A stretch of DNA of 64,000 nucleotides, from contig CM022674.1 in NCBI GenBank assembly GCA_012295275.1, positions 11,470,001-11,534,000 on the forward strand, read 5' to 3'. The notes beneath the pieces were generated by a model that saw only the letters and a list, made by a program, of their open reading frames with translations, did no database searches and had not been told where the DNA came from. Below, one piece after another: positions 30,828 through 43,832 of this stretch; position 1 is the first letter of the stretch; every line of letters begins with the position of its first letter. The position numbers and the translations under genes are program-made. This stretch comes from Chrysomallon squamiferum. Lineage: Eukaryota; Animalia; Mollusca.

Positions 30828-31313
30828 TTCTTCACAGCTGAGTGAACTTGCAGTCTAATTTGTACCTGCAACAAACTGTCACACTGGATTTAAACACTTG
30901 TATAATTCTTTAATCATCTAAGACGTGTTCCATTGTTCGCGTGTGTGTGGGGTATGGACGTGATTACCTCAGTGTGGCTAGAAACATTTCGTTACGCTGG
31001 ATAAATGGATTTGTGGATGACTTCAAACAAAAGAAGTAAAAGAGAGAAATACCAAAGCACAAAGAAATGTCAGTTTGGACATTAATATAAATCTGCTTTT
31101 ATCCTTCACTGTAAGTATTAGTGTAGCTTTCAGTAGGTGGCTGCAGTTCAGTGGGTTGACCGTTTGTCTCAAACACACTATTTCAGTGGTAGTAGCAGTA
31201 GTGGTAGTAGTAGTAGTATAACAACAACAACAAAACAGTTAATAATAATAACAACAATAAACAAACAAACAAACAAACAAACAAATAAACAAATAATAAT
31301 AATAATAATAATA

Positions 31314-31347
<34 letters not shown>

Positions 31348-32585
31348 CAATGATGAGAGTGATGATGATGACAATGATGAGAGTGATGATGATGTCTAGT
31401 TAACAATGAAATCTGAGGTCTCTCAATGGGTCTGTTTTGTGATAGCCAGTGTCCCATGAATCATCAATGCTGTGTCTGTACATCACTGTCATATTATTTC
31501 ACCAGTTCTTTCACATCTTTCCTTTTTTCTGACACCAACCCATTCTTTTATACACCAATACAATGGTTCACTGAACTTTTTTTTTTTTAAATTGATTTCT
31601 ATCTTGTTTTGTTTTTTATTACCTTAATTCATTAATCGTTCTCTCTATATTTACATTTATTTATTTTTAAAACTAACTGATATATTATTTCTTCATTTAT
31701 TATTATAAATAATTTGATACCTTCATTCATTGTTCTGTCCATTCATCCACCCAACCTTCCATCCATTTGAAATGAAATCAAAGATAAATGGATAGGAATT
31801 TAAGCTAGATAACGGGAATTAAAAAATAAATAAAAAATAAAAAAAATAAAAATAATATAAATAACTGAGTTTAAAGACGCAAATCACTTTATCATGAACA
31901 ACAGATTTTAAACACGTTTTTGTTTTATTTTCATTTTAGTTTTATTACTACTTTCTAACTCTATTTCCCCAATCCACTGGATTTTCTTGTTAGCATCCAG
32001 GTTAACAGACAATAAAAACAGCTGAGATGGGAAAATAACATCTAACAGTTGACTGGAGACAGTGACTCAACAAATTCTTTAGGGGGGAGGATCCAGCAGT
32101 TTAAAAACGGGTGTGGTTATGTCACCCTTACTGTGACAGTAACTTTCAAGATGAATAATAAAGATGAGAACAAAATAACAAATATACAAATCGACAGACA
32201 CGAAATCTTGAAGCTGTGTTTGATGTGCAGTGTGTACGCCACGGGATTTGGACATGGTTTCTGCCTTAGTGAAATGATGTCTGCACACAGATATTTCCAG
32301 ATTGCGTCTATATCGCTTACACTGAACAAACGTCCATCTCTTAGTTCATAAAAAGGTGATAAATCAGTAAGCCAGGTATAATAGATAAATAAATAAATAA
32401 ATTTCTTATTTAACTGAATAATAAATGTTTTGACAAAAAGATTCAACTTAACTTACATTACCTTCCTTTTGAATATATTTAATATTACATATACATATAC
32501 ATATACACATATGTATATATAATTTAAAAAATTAATTTAAAAAATATTAATTTATTATAGGCATAAGTACGAAACAAAAATATTC

Positions 32586-32623
<38 letters not shown>

Positions 32624-33776
32624 CGAAATTCAACTGTTAATTTTATATAATTGTATGTTCTTCTTTTCTTTTTCCCCCCACAAAAAAAGAGGGGGTATTA
32701 TAATTATTCTTGAAAACTTTAACGACAAAACACATGCATTCAGAGAGACACACACACACACACGCACACACGCACAGTTAGTAATGGGTCGTCAAAGATT
32801 AGAGAAGAGGTAGATGCCCTGTTTAATTTTCATATTATTATAAATATTATATTTCACGACACCATTACTCCAGATACACAAAATCGATAGGAAAGCTATT
32901 GTGTTACAAAGTCAGTGCAAACACACCTGAGAAAGATGAACAGTCAGAATTTCAGCTAATTATGAATACACGCTTTATGTTTAAAGTTCACATAAGAATG
33001 GGTAAAAAAATATATATATTATTTTGTAATGTCATAATGTCAAAGAATATATAATAGTTTTAACAAATAAAATTAATAAATAAAATACATAAATAAAATA
33101 AATAAATAAATAAATAAATAGATATTAGTTTGAAAGATTGTGAAAAAAAAAAAAACAACTAAAAATTATAATAAAGAAGTATAAGAGGGTAAAATAAAAA
33201 AGAAAAGCCACATACAAAAAAAAAAAAAAAAAAAAACCCAACAACAACAACAACTGTATTTTAATTCGCCTTCGTTTCTCAGTCAAATTTTCCATATGTT
33301 GCCTCGTCTATTTCACCGTGGCCGTCAAGTGATCTTTGAAACAGACAATAAGAATCACGTGCGCACGTGCTGTCCCTATTTCAAGAGTCCTTCGCAATTG
33401 ACAGACAGGACATCGATTGTGAACAACTGGTGTTTGTGGGGATAATACAGCATATGTGACGGAGGCAAATAACGGGACATTATACATGCAATTCACGCAC
33501 AAAGAGACGAAATTTATTATCTTCTAACGACCCATTCTTATGCGATTACCTTGGATATGAAACCCAACATCTATCGATCTTATTAACCAGTGTCGTGTGG
33601 TATAATTATTTATTTCATTTATTTCATTTTTTTTTTTTTCTCCCTTAAATTATTTCTGTGTTTTTGATACTTTTTAAATCCGAATTTTAATTTAAAAAAA
33701 AAAAATAAAAAAAAAAAAAAAAATTAGGTAATTTGTTACTATACTGAATATAAACTGTGTGTGTGCGTGCGTGTGC

Positions 33777-33822
<46 letters not shown>

Positions 33823-34315
33823 TCTTGGATGGTTGTTCGTTTGTTTATATGTGTGTATGTCTGTATGTATATTTTATTTTAATTTAAAATATCTGTGGAT
33901 ATAGTTGTATTTATTTATTTATTTATTCTAGGAAATACAGAAATTTAGACAGATAGGTACTGCACAGATGCATATCCTACATGTTTTGATGAAAAATTTA
34001 TAATATATGCATATTAAATATAATTAGTAATTAGTGTTTATTATTATACAGACGAACGGACAAAGATAGACAAATTGATTAATAAGTGCATAATTATGTG
34101 TGCATGTTTTAATGTGAGATTGTTTGTCAAACTTATCTGTAGTTTTTAAAATAAAATATATATATTAAAGGTGAAAATATAAACGCTGACAGAAATGGGG
34201 CACAGGACAGAAAACAATAGGCTGGTTTCTCAAACATGTGTTTTTCATAAGACTTTCGTCTGCACATCTCGTACACATATAAGTAGGTACAAAAAATAAA
34301 AAATAAAAAAAAATA

Positions 34316-34370
<55 letters not shown>

Positions 34371-34496
34371 CTTGTTATTTCCAACAATACTGTCTTAGAG
34401 GTTTTTTTAACGGGGAGGGGCCGAAAGGTGCGGGGTGGGGGTTAGAAAATGAGCAATGTTTTAAAAAAAAAATTTTTTCTTTTTTCCTTCTTCTTC

Positions 34497-34547
<51 letters not shown>

Positions 34548-34867
34548 TTCTAAAAAAATAAAAAAAAAAAAAAATAAAAAAAAAACAACCCCAAAACCAC
34601 CCAAAAACCACATTAATAATACAAACTGATTTTAAAGTCAAAGCATTAAAATCGCATAATTTGCCACACACACTCTCCCTCACAAAAAACGAGAAGAAAA
34701 CCGAACTGAATACACGAGGCTCACAAAATAAGCTAACAGCATAAAAACAAATAAATTTGCATGCGTCATTTGCTTAGAGAGTAAGAAGTTTAAAAAGTCG
34801 TCTGACGAGAAATAGGGCAGGGTAAATAATAATAATAAAAAACTAATCGATATTTAAAAATACCCAC

Positions 34868-34904
34868 CGTTTTCCAGCTTCCTCGCTTTTGACTTGGACC
34901 GCAT
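34868..34904 (-). CDS. PRDM16: First coding exon (37 nt) of a Prdm3/16 (MECOM/PRDM16/hamlet-like) transcription factor; rest of the gene apparently lies left of the window
   Basis: Minus strand reads TTCAAG ATG CGG TCC AAG TCA AAA GCG AGG AAG CTG GAA AAC G|GTGGGT = MRSKSKARKLEN plus a phase-1 GT donor. Recalled N-termini are human PRDM16 MRSKARARKLAK and MDS1-EVI1 MRSKGRARKLAT, both on a 37-nt phase-1 first coding exon. A at -3; CpG-rich promoter-like sequence just upstream. Confidence 0.8.
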
Positions 34905-34974
34905 CTTGAAGCAGGAATTTTTTTCTTTCTTATTAAATTCTTTTCTCTTCTTCGTATTTTCTCTTTCTATTCGG

Positions 34975-35115
34975 AGCTTATCGAAGCAGAAGACAGGCCA
35001 CTTGTCAATTGCTACACAATAAACAATTCCCGTAACACCTGCGCGCATGCGCATCAATCAGAAGACGTCTGCTCGCGCGTGCATTTCTGGGAGGGTGAGA
35101 ATACAAACGGAGAAG
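34975..35115 (-). promoter_or_regulatory. CpG-rich promoter of the Prdm3/16 gene with an NRF1/ewg-type motif
   Basis: CGCGCATGCGCA at 35042-35053 fits the NRF1 consensus; CGCGCG at about 35074; locally CpG-rich; 70-210 bp upstream of the ATG. Confidence 0.55.
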
Positions 35116-35168
35116 ACGACATTGCCAGTGAAATTATGATGTTAGCACAGTCTAATTGTTGACATCGT

Positions 35169-35218
<50 letters not shown>

Positions 35219-36084
35219 ATAATAATAATAATAATAATAAGAAGAAGAAGAAGAAGAAGAAAATAAAACTTTAAATTAGTTTAGAAACAAGAATAAGTAA
35301 AGAAAATTAAAGACGAATAGGTTTTATAATTTATAATTTTTACAGCTGTCTTTTATAAAATATACCATAAACAGAGATCATCTTATTTTACTGCATAGCT
35401 TATCACAAGTCGTTATATATTTGTTTATTTATTTATTTATTTATTTATTTATTGTTTATTTGTTTGTTTGATTGTTGTTTGTTTATAATGTTTGCTTTCT
35501 TGTTTCGTTGGTTTTTGTTTGTTTACTTATTAACATTTTTAATATAAATTTATAGAGATTAAGGCGCAGTGTTCGTATTCAACTGTAAACCTGTTTTCCT
35601 GTTCAAACTGACCATAGCTGTATGTATCATTTTAAAGAATATGTGCATATTAGTCACAAATAATTTTCAGTTTAATTTCACGTATATCACAATGGCTTCC
35701 AGTACTTTATGTCATTATAGTCGGCGTTTTGTACGTGCCAGTAAATCTCTTAATGTCGGGATTACAACCTCAATTCTCACAGATCCGCGCCTGAAACATC
35801 ATACAATAGAGTTTATATTTATATAACGTGGTGTAATATTAAACAAGACACGTTGTCAATATTGTACTGTGAAAATAAGTCGGAAATCTTTTTGAGTATT
35901 CTGGAAAGTAAGAGCTTATTAACGTGTTGAGGGTTTGTTAAACAAAATTGTCGAAACACGCATTTATTATCATTTATTATATTATAACTGTATTGCTATC
36001 GGCGTTAAAATATATGGATAATTTTGCTATAATACGTTGAAAAATATGACAGTATTATTACTCAGACCACCAAGCTGTTATTAT

Positions 36085-36345
36085 TATTAAACAAAGTATG
36101 CCGATCACATTAGTCACTGTTCTATGTATTAACAACGAACATCGACAGTTTGACTAAACTTGATCCGTATTAAACAAATTTATGTCGATCACATTATTCA
36201 CAGTTCTACGAAATATCAATAAAAATCGACAGTATTACTAAACTTGATCCGTATTAAACAAAATTATGTCGATCACATTATTCACAGTTCTACGTATTAA
36301 ACAATATACATCGACAGTATTACTAAACTTCATCTGTTTTAAAAC
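36085..36345. repeat. ~84-bp tandem repeat x3 upstream of the Prdm3/16 promoter
   Basis: TATTAAACAAA.TTATGTCGATCACATTATTCACAGTTCTACG...ATCGACAGTATTACTAAACTTGATCCG. Confidence 0.8.
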
Positions 36346-37031
36346 AAAATATGTTGACACTATTGTTCTAACACGCTTTGCAGTATTAAACAAAAAGACA
36401 ACAAAATCATTCATGTTATTATAATACTCACAACTCTGTCACACATATTACTACAAAACGAAATTAAAAATATCGAAAACCTATAAATAATAAACAAACT
36501 TGGTTGACACTATTACTATGCTATGCTCTCTCTCTAAAACATTATATTAAACATTACTAGTGAACAATATTACCGTACCGCTCACTAAAAAAAAAAAAAA
36601 AAAAAAAACTGTCGACAGTTCAGTATTACAGAGAACAAAAAGCTACATCATTCTCTGATTTAAAAACATACACTGACAATATTTCTGTACTGCAGATATA
36701 TTAAATTCACAAATGTCAAGAACAGTAACAACAACAGCAACAGTCATCATCGTCATCATCATCATTATTATTAGTTGTTGTTGTTGGTGTAATAATAGTA
36801 ATAGTAGATGAAGTATGCCAATGGTAGTGGTAGTAGTAGTAGTAGACCTTGATTTAAATTCTACAAATAAGCGATTCAGTTTTGTTTTGTGTTTAATAGA
36901 CATGCTTGTATCTGTTCCTATTAAATGCATTAAATGATATACCTGGACAATTTAATTATTTCTTTTGTATTTGTTAAAACAAAATTTAAGTAAATAAAAT
37001 AAACAAGAATAATAAAAAGTAGACAAATAAA

Positions 37032-37076
<45 letters not shown>

Positions 37077-38261
37077 GAAATAAAAAGTATAAAACTATTT
37101 AAAAAAAGGAAGAGGAAGAGAAAAAACGAAAAAGATAAAAAATCTGTGATGTGTTTTTCTTTATTACAGTGACTTTATAAATATTTCACTTGTCTGTTAG
37201 ATTTAATTCAAATTTTTAATTTTTTTTTTAATTCTTAATTTTTTAACCAAATTACAAAATGAAAACGCCATAAAAGAGAAAATGTCGAAATTCATACATA
37301 AACCATGAACTCGTTACTCTTACACGGTTAAAAACAAATAAGCCAATAACCTGAAACTTCACAAAATAAAATTTAAGTGTTTTTCCCATCTCTCTCCGTA
37401 CATGCGCATTAATACACACTGTGAGATATTTGCATATTACTTAGTTTTTTTCTTAATTTATTTACTTATGATATCGCATGGTTTATTGCCTATACAAAGT
37501 GTAAGCTGTGAAAAGTACGATAAACTTCAGTAACTACAAGACAGTTTAACGACGTTTAATTATTTTTACTGGAACGGTTATTAAGAGTTATAAATATGCA
37601 CAATTTTTTATATATATATATAAATTTGAATTACAAGATAAAACTCGCTACAGTCGCTACATAAACTCCTCTTATTGGTTGGCTGTAAATATTTATGTGC
37701 ACCTTTTTATAAACAGGAGGATAAAAAAATAAAAATAAAAACTTTAAAAATAAAACCTATAATAAACGTTTCCGTTAATATAGATATAGGATTCTGGTTT
37801 CTAAAGCACTGAGATGAGTTGATCCTGGGACCCACCATGCGTTAATATTGTTCTGTAGACTGAACTACTGCAGTTTCCTTGTATCATTTTAGAAATTTCT
37901 TCTTTCGAATTTACAACCCCAAAACAACACCAACCCCGCCAACACCAAAATCAAAAAAAAAAAAAAAAAAAAATTAAAATTCGATGAACAAAATAAAAAA
38001 AAACAACAATAAAAACAAAAAAAAAAAAATTAAAATAAGAAAAAAATTAAAATTAAAATCAAAATAAAATTTAAAACTGATGAACAAAACAAGAATACTA
38101 CTGCAAAAACAACAACAATAATAATAATAAAGTTGAAAACTTTTTCAAATGAGCCAAAAGTCTGGGTTCCTATTATTGCTATTTTGCTAAAAATAATAAA
38201 ATAATAAAGATAAATTTTCAGTGCAAAAAGTCTTAACTATCATAGGCTGCATTACAGTACG

Positions 38262-38395
38262 TTTCTATCCCATTCCAACCAGTGTATCATCAAAGGCTGT
38301 GGTTTATTTTATCCTGTCTATGAGAAGGCACACATTATCGTTTGTGCTAATAACGAGTAGCCGATGTTTTGACTTCAGCGGGTTTTTTCTCTCTC
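38262..38395 (+). mobile_element. Degenerate SINE core fragment (MESC/Meta-like, molluscan)
   Basis: TTCCAACCAGTG..ATCAAAGGCTGTGGT..TATCCTGTCT..GCTAAT..GAGTAGCC..CAGCGGGTTT..CTCTC resembles the recalled gastropod SINE core; similar motifs occur at 50870-51075. Confidence 0.5.
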
Positions 38396-39441
38396 ATTGC
38401 TCTGCTAGTAAGGTATAGTTATGAGTCGAGATAATTTATAATATATTTGCCTCAGAGAAAGGTTCAAGCACGTTTTTCATGGACGCAGTTTCTAACTTCA
38501 GTATGAAAACTAATTATTGATAAAGGTTTGCTGTGATACTATAAAAAAATGACGTAACAAAATTCTTATCTTTATGTTACTACTTTTTTGTTTTTGGTGA
38601 CACATCATAGAGATAACAAAGTATAACACTAAAATAATAATGTTATGTAAAATTTGAACGCCGTTATCGTTACAAAGAGCCAAAATATATGTTTCATATT
38701 CCGTTTTAAAATTGAAATGTTGAGAAAATGGTGTGGTATGTGTTCATGAATGTATTTTACAGATATGTGTGATTTATGGCATTAAATGAAATAAGGTTAT
38801 GCATTCTGGCAATTATTTTCGGGGAAAAAAACCAAGAAAAGAAAAAGAATGAATAATCAAAATATACATTTATACTTTAACAAATACAGAGATTCATAGA
38901 TGCACACACACATACATACAGACGTAGACACATACACACAAATAAATTAACATGTTTTAACTGGATAGAAACCGAATATTCCAGAGAAAGGGAAAAATAT
39001 ATATATAAAAAAAAAAAAAAAAAAAATGGAAGAATGAAAAAGTAAAAAAGAACATAAAAGGAATAACTGAACATTACGATGTTTTTGACGAGTGCTTTTC
39101 AGGGGAGATTACTCCGATCTCCTACCCGATTCAAACAAAAACGTCGGTACGTTAATGACAATATGATTTACATTGCATAATCGGCTCGAAGTAAGACTGT
39201 CAAACTAGTCAGCATGTCTTCAGAACCAAATCCCTGATCACAAAGAAAGCATTACTTTAATCCGTTATTCATCGAGATCTATTGGTAAAAGGGAAAAGAA
39301 AAATAAGCGTAGAGATCGAGTCCATAAAATTAACGAGAAATAAGCCAAGTTTAATATTGACCGGGGTTCGGACGAAAACAGGTATGTTACGGTTACACAT
39401 AATCCCCGCAGTTATTGTCTGATCTTTCATAATGCGAGATA

Positions 39442-39533
39442 CACAGTGTTCTTACCTGTTATGTAACCTGAGAGTAAGCTATATGACACCTGGGTTGCCA
39501 AGTACCAAGGTTAATACTAGTAACAACAACAAC

Positions 39534-39599
<66 letters not shown>

Positions 39600-39753
39600 A
39601 CAATTGTACTTCTAGGTATAGTAGTGGATGTCAGGTGCGTAATAATAATAATAAAACAAATTTTAGTAATAAAAAAAATAAACTGACATTGGTTGATGCT
39701 GATTCTCATTTTTTCTTAGTACTGTAATTACCTTTCCCCAGGAAAGCTGTTCG

Positions 39754-39848
<95 letters not shown>

Positions 39849-40247
39849 CATATACAACAGTTTGAAATTTTTATTCCAGTTTAGCCAGCCTTCGACGTGC
39901 GTTGTCCTAAAAAAATGTTGTGTTCCGTCCATGGTAGATTATTCAGTTAAATATGACAAAATGCTATCACTGCTAAAAATCGTCAGTACTGTTATTTTAT
40001 TTATTGTCGAATAAAAAAAAAAAAAAAAAAAAAAAAAATAAAAACAAACCCCCAACCCAGATTCGCCTAACAAAATATGGAGACTCAGCCTTTGCAGGTT
40101 TTTTCTATTTACTGTTTTTTTTTAAGGGTTTTTTTTAGTATGTTATAAAAACACTCTTTTACAGAATACATTACACTTCGGAAAAGTAGATAAAAATCAA
40201 GGATGAAAGTATAGGTAAAATGCCTCATACCAAAATTGACGATTTTA

Positions 40248-40340
<93 letters not shown>

Positions 40341-40990
40341 ACACATACACACACGCAAAGATGGTAAAGTAGAAAATACGAAAATTAAATGACAAAAAGT
40401 TATGATCACTGAACTAGAAAAAAGATGCCAGAAAATGGCTAGAATCGAGAATTTTGCGTGTTTCTTGGAGCCCAAGTGTTTTTACCTCATTGAGGCAAAT
40501 GTCTCATACCAAAATTGACGATTTTAATTTTTTTTTTTTTTTTTGATTACACACACACACACACACAAACACACAAAGATGGTAAAGTAGAAATACGAAA
40601 ATTAAATCATAAAAAGTTATGATCATTGAACTTGAAAAAAGATATATAGATTATTGAAATAAATCTGACAAAAGCGCTATCACTGCTAAAAATCTTCAGT
40701 ACTGTTATTTTATTTATTGTCGAACAAAAAAAAAAAAAAAAAAAAAAGTTTCGCTTAACAAAATATGGTGACTCAGCCTTTGCAGGTTCTTTCTATCTAC
40801 TTTTTTTTTGTTAACGCTTTTTAGTATATTATAAAAACACTCTTTTAAAGAATAAATTTCACTTGGGAAAAGTAGATAAAAAAACAAGTATGTATGTATA
40901 TGTATATTATTTATCTACTTCTCCCTACTATATTATATTCTTTAAAAGAGACTGTATCATTAATGTTCTATCATACATTCCTTTTCAAGT

Positions 40991-41027
<37 letters not shown>

Positions 41028-41618
41028 ATGATGGTAAAGTAGAAAATACCAAAATTAAATGATAAAAAGTTATGATTATTGAACTAGAAAAAAGATATAT
41101 AGATTATTGATTTAAATATGACAAAGCGCTATCACTGCTAAAAATCGTGAGTACTGTTATTTTATTTTTTGTCGGAAAAAAAGAAAACCATAATAATAAT
41201 AATAATAAAAAAAAAAATAAAAAAATAAAAAAATTTCGCCTAAAAAATATGGGGACTCAGCCTTTGTAGGGTTTTTCTATATACTGTTTTGGTTTTTTTT
41301 TACGTTTTTTAGTATATTATAAAAAACACTCTTTTAAATAATAAATTACACTTGGGAAAAGTACATAAAAAACAAGTATGTATGTATATCACATACGTAT
41401 TATTTATCTACTTCTCCTACTATAATATATTCTTTAAAAGAGACTCTATCATTAACATTCTATCATACATTATATATATAATAAATTTGAAAAGGAATAT
41501 ATGATAGAACATTATCTATATAGACTCTCAGTGTTCAACAGTCAACTAATCAGGCAAATGAGGCAAATGCTTAAGCAAATGCCTCATACCAAAATTGACG
41601 ATTTTAATTTTTTTTATC

Positions 41619-41665
<47 letters not shown>

Positions 41666-41818
41666 GATAGTAAAGTAGAAAATACGAAAATTAAATGATA
41701 AAAATTTATGATTACTGAACTAGAAAAAAGATGCCACAGTGTTCTTACCTGTTATGTAACCTAAGAGTAAGCAATATGACACATGGGTTGCCAAGTACCA
41801 AGGTTATTACTAGTAGTA

Positions 41819-41865
<47 letters not shown>

Positions 41866-41890
41866 TAATAATAAATAATAATAATAATAA

Positions 41891-41921
<31 letters not shown>

Positions 41922-42098
41922 AAGAAAAAGAAAAAATTGTACTTCTATAGTTGTGGATGTCACGTGCGTAATAATAATAATAAAACACATTTTAATAATA
42001 CAAAAATAAACTAACATTGGTTGATGCTGATTCTCATTTTTCTATAAAATACTCTCTTCCCTTTTACTGTAATTAACTTTCCCCAGGAAAGCTGTTCG

Positions 42099-42190
<92 letters not shown>

Positions 42191-42664
42191 TCATATAAAA
42201 CAGTGTGAAATGTTTATGCCAGTTTAGCCACGCCTTCGACGTGCGTTGTCCTAAAAAAATGTTGTGTTCCGTCCATGGTAGATTATTCAGTTAAATATGA
42301 CAAAATCGCTATCACTGCTAAAAATCGTCAGTACTGTTATTTTATTTATTGTCGAATAAGAAAGTAAAAAAGTAAAAAAATATATTATAAAAAATAAAAA
42401 ACATTTCGCCTAACAAAATATGGGGACTCAGCCTTTGCAGGGTTTTTCTATTTACTGGGTTTTTTTTTTAAACATTTATTTTTTAACGCTTTTTAGTGTA
42501 TTATAAAAACACTCTTTTAAAGAATACATTACACTTGGGAAAAGTACATAATAAACAAGTATGTATGTATATACATACGAATTATTTATCTACTTCTCCC
42601 TACTATATTATATTCTTTAAAAGAGACGGTATCATTAATGTTCTATCATACATTCCTTTTCGAG

Positions 42665-42735
<71 letters not shown>

Positions 42736-43489
42736 AATGATGGTAAAGTAGAAAATACGAAAATTAAATGATAAAAAGTTATGATTATTGAACTAGAAAA
42801 AAGATATATAGATTAATGATTTAAATATGACAAAGTGCTATCACTGCTATAAATCGTGAGTACTGTTATTTTATTTATTGTCGAAAAAAAAACCCAACAC
42901 CATAATAATAAAAAAATAAAACAAAATAAAAAGTTTCGCCTAACAGAATATGGGGTCTCAGGCTTTGCAGGGTTTGTCTGTTTACTGTTTGTTTTTTAAC
43001 GTTTTTTAGTATATTATAAAAACACTCTTAAAGAATAAATTACACTTGGGAAAAGTACATAAAAAACAACTATATATTATTTATCTACTTCTCCTACTAT
43101 AATATATTCTTTAAAAGAGACTTATCATTAATATTCATACATTATATATATATAATAAATTTGAAAAGGAATGTATGATATAACATTATATATAGTCTCT
43201 CAGTGTTCAACAGTCAACTAATGCCGTAACCACATTGAGGCAAATGAGGCAAATGCTTAAGCAAATGCCTCATAGAAAAATTGAGGATTTAATTTTTTTT
43301 TTTTATCACACGCTCTCACACACACACAAAGATGGTAAAGTAGAAAATACGAAAATTAAATGATAAAAAAATTTGATTACTGAGCTAGAAAAAAGATGCC
43401 ACAGTGTTCTTACCTGTTATATAACCTAAGAGTAAACTATATGACACATGGGTTGCCAAGTACCAAGGTTATTACTAGTAGTAGTAGTA

Positions 43490-43571
<82 letters not shown>

Positions 43572-43742
43572 CAAAAAATTGTACTTCTATAGTTGTGGAT
43601 GTCACGTGCGTAATAATAATAATAAAACACATTTTAATAATAAGAAAAATAAACTGACATTAGGTTGATTATAATTCTCATTTTTCTCTAAAATACTCTC
43701 TTCCCTTTTACTGTAATTAACTTTCCCCAGGAAAGCTGTTCG

Positions 43743-43832
<90 letters not shown>

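Larger units (their letters stand above)
1..34867 (-). other. Probable very long first intron of the Prdm3/16 gene
   Basis: No convincing phase-1 coding exon with PR/SET or zinc-finger similarity was found by eye between the donor and the window start. The region is microsatellites, minisatellites and short complex islands. Confidence 0.6.

Noticed and set aside
37800-37880. tRNA-like sequence on the minus strand
   Set aside because: Only weak A/B-box resemblance and no cloverleaf; at most a decayed SINE head.
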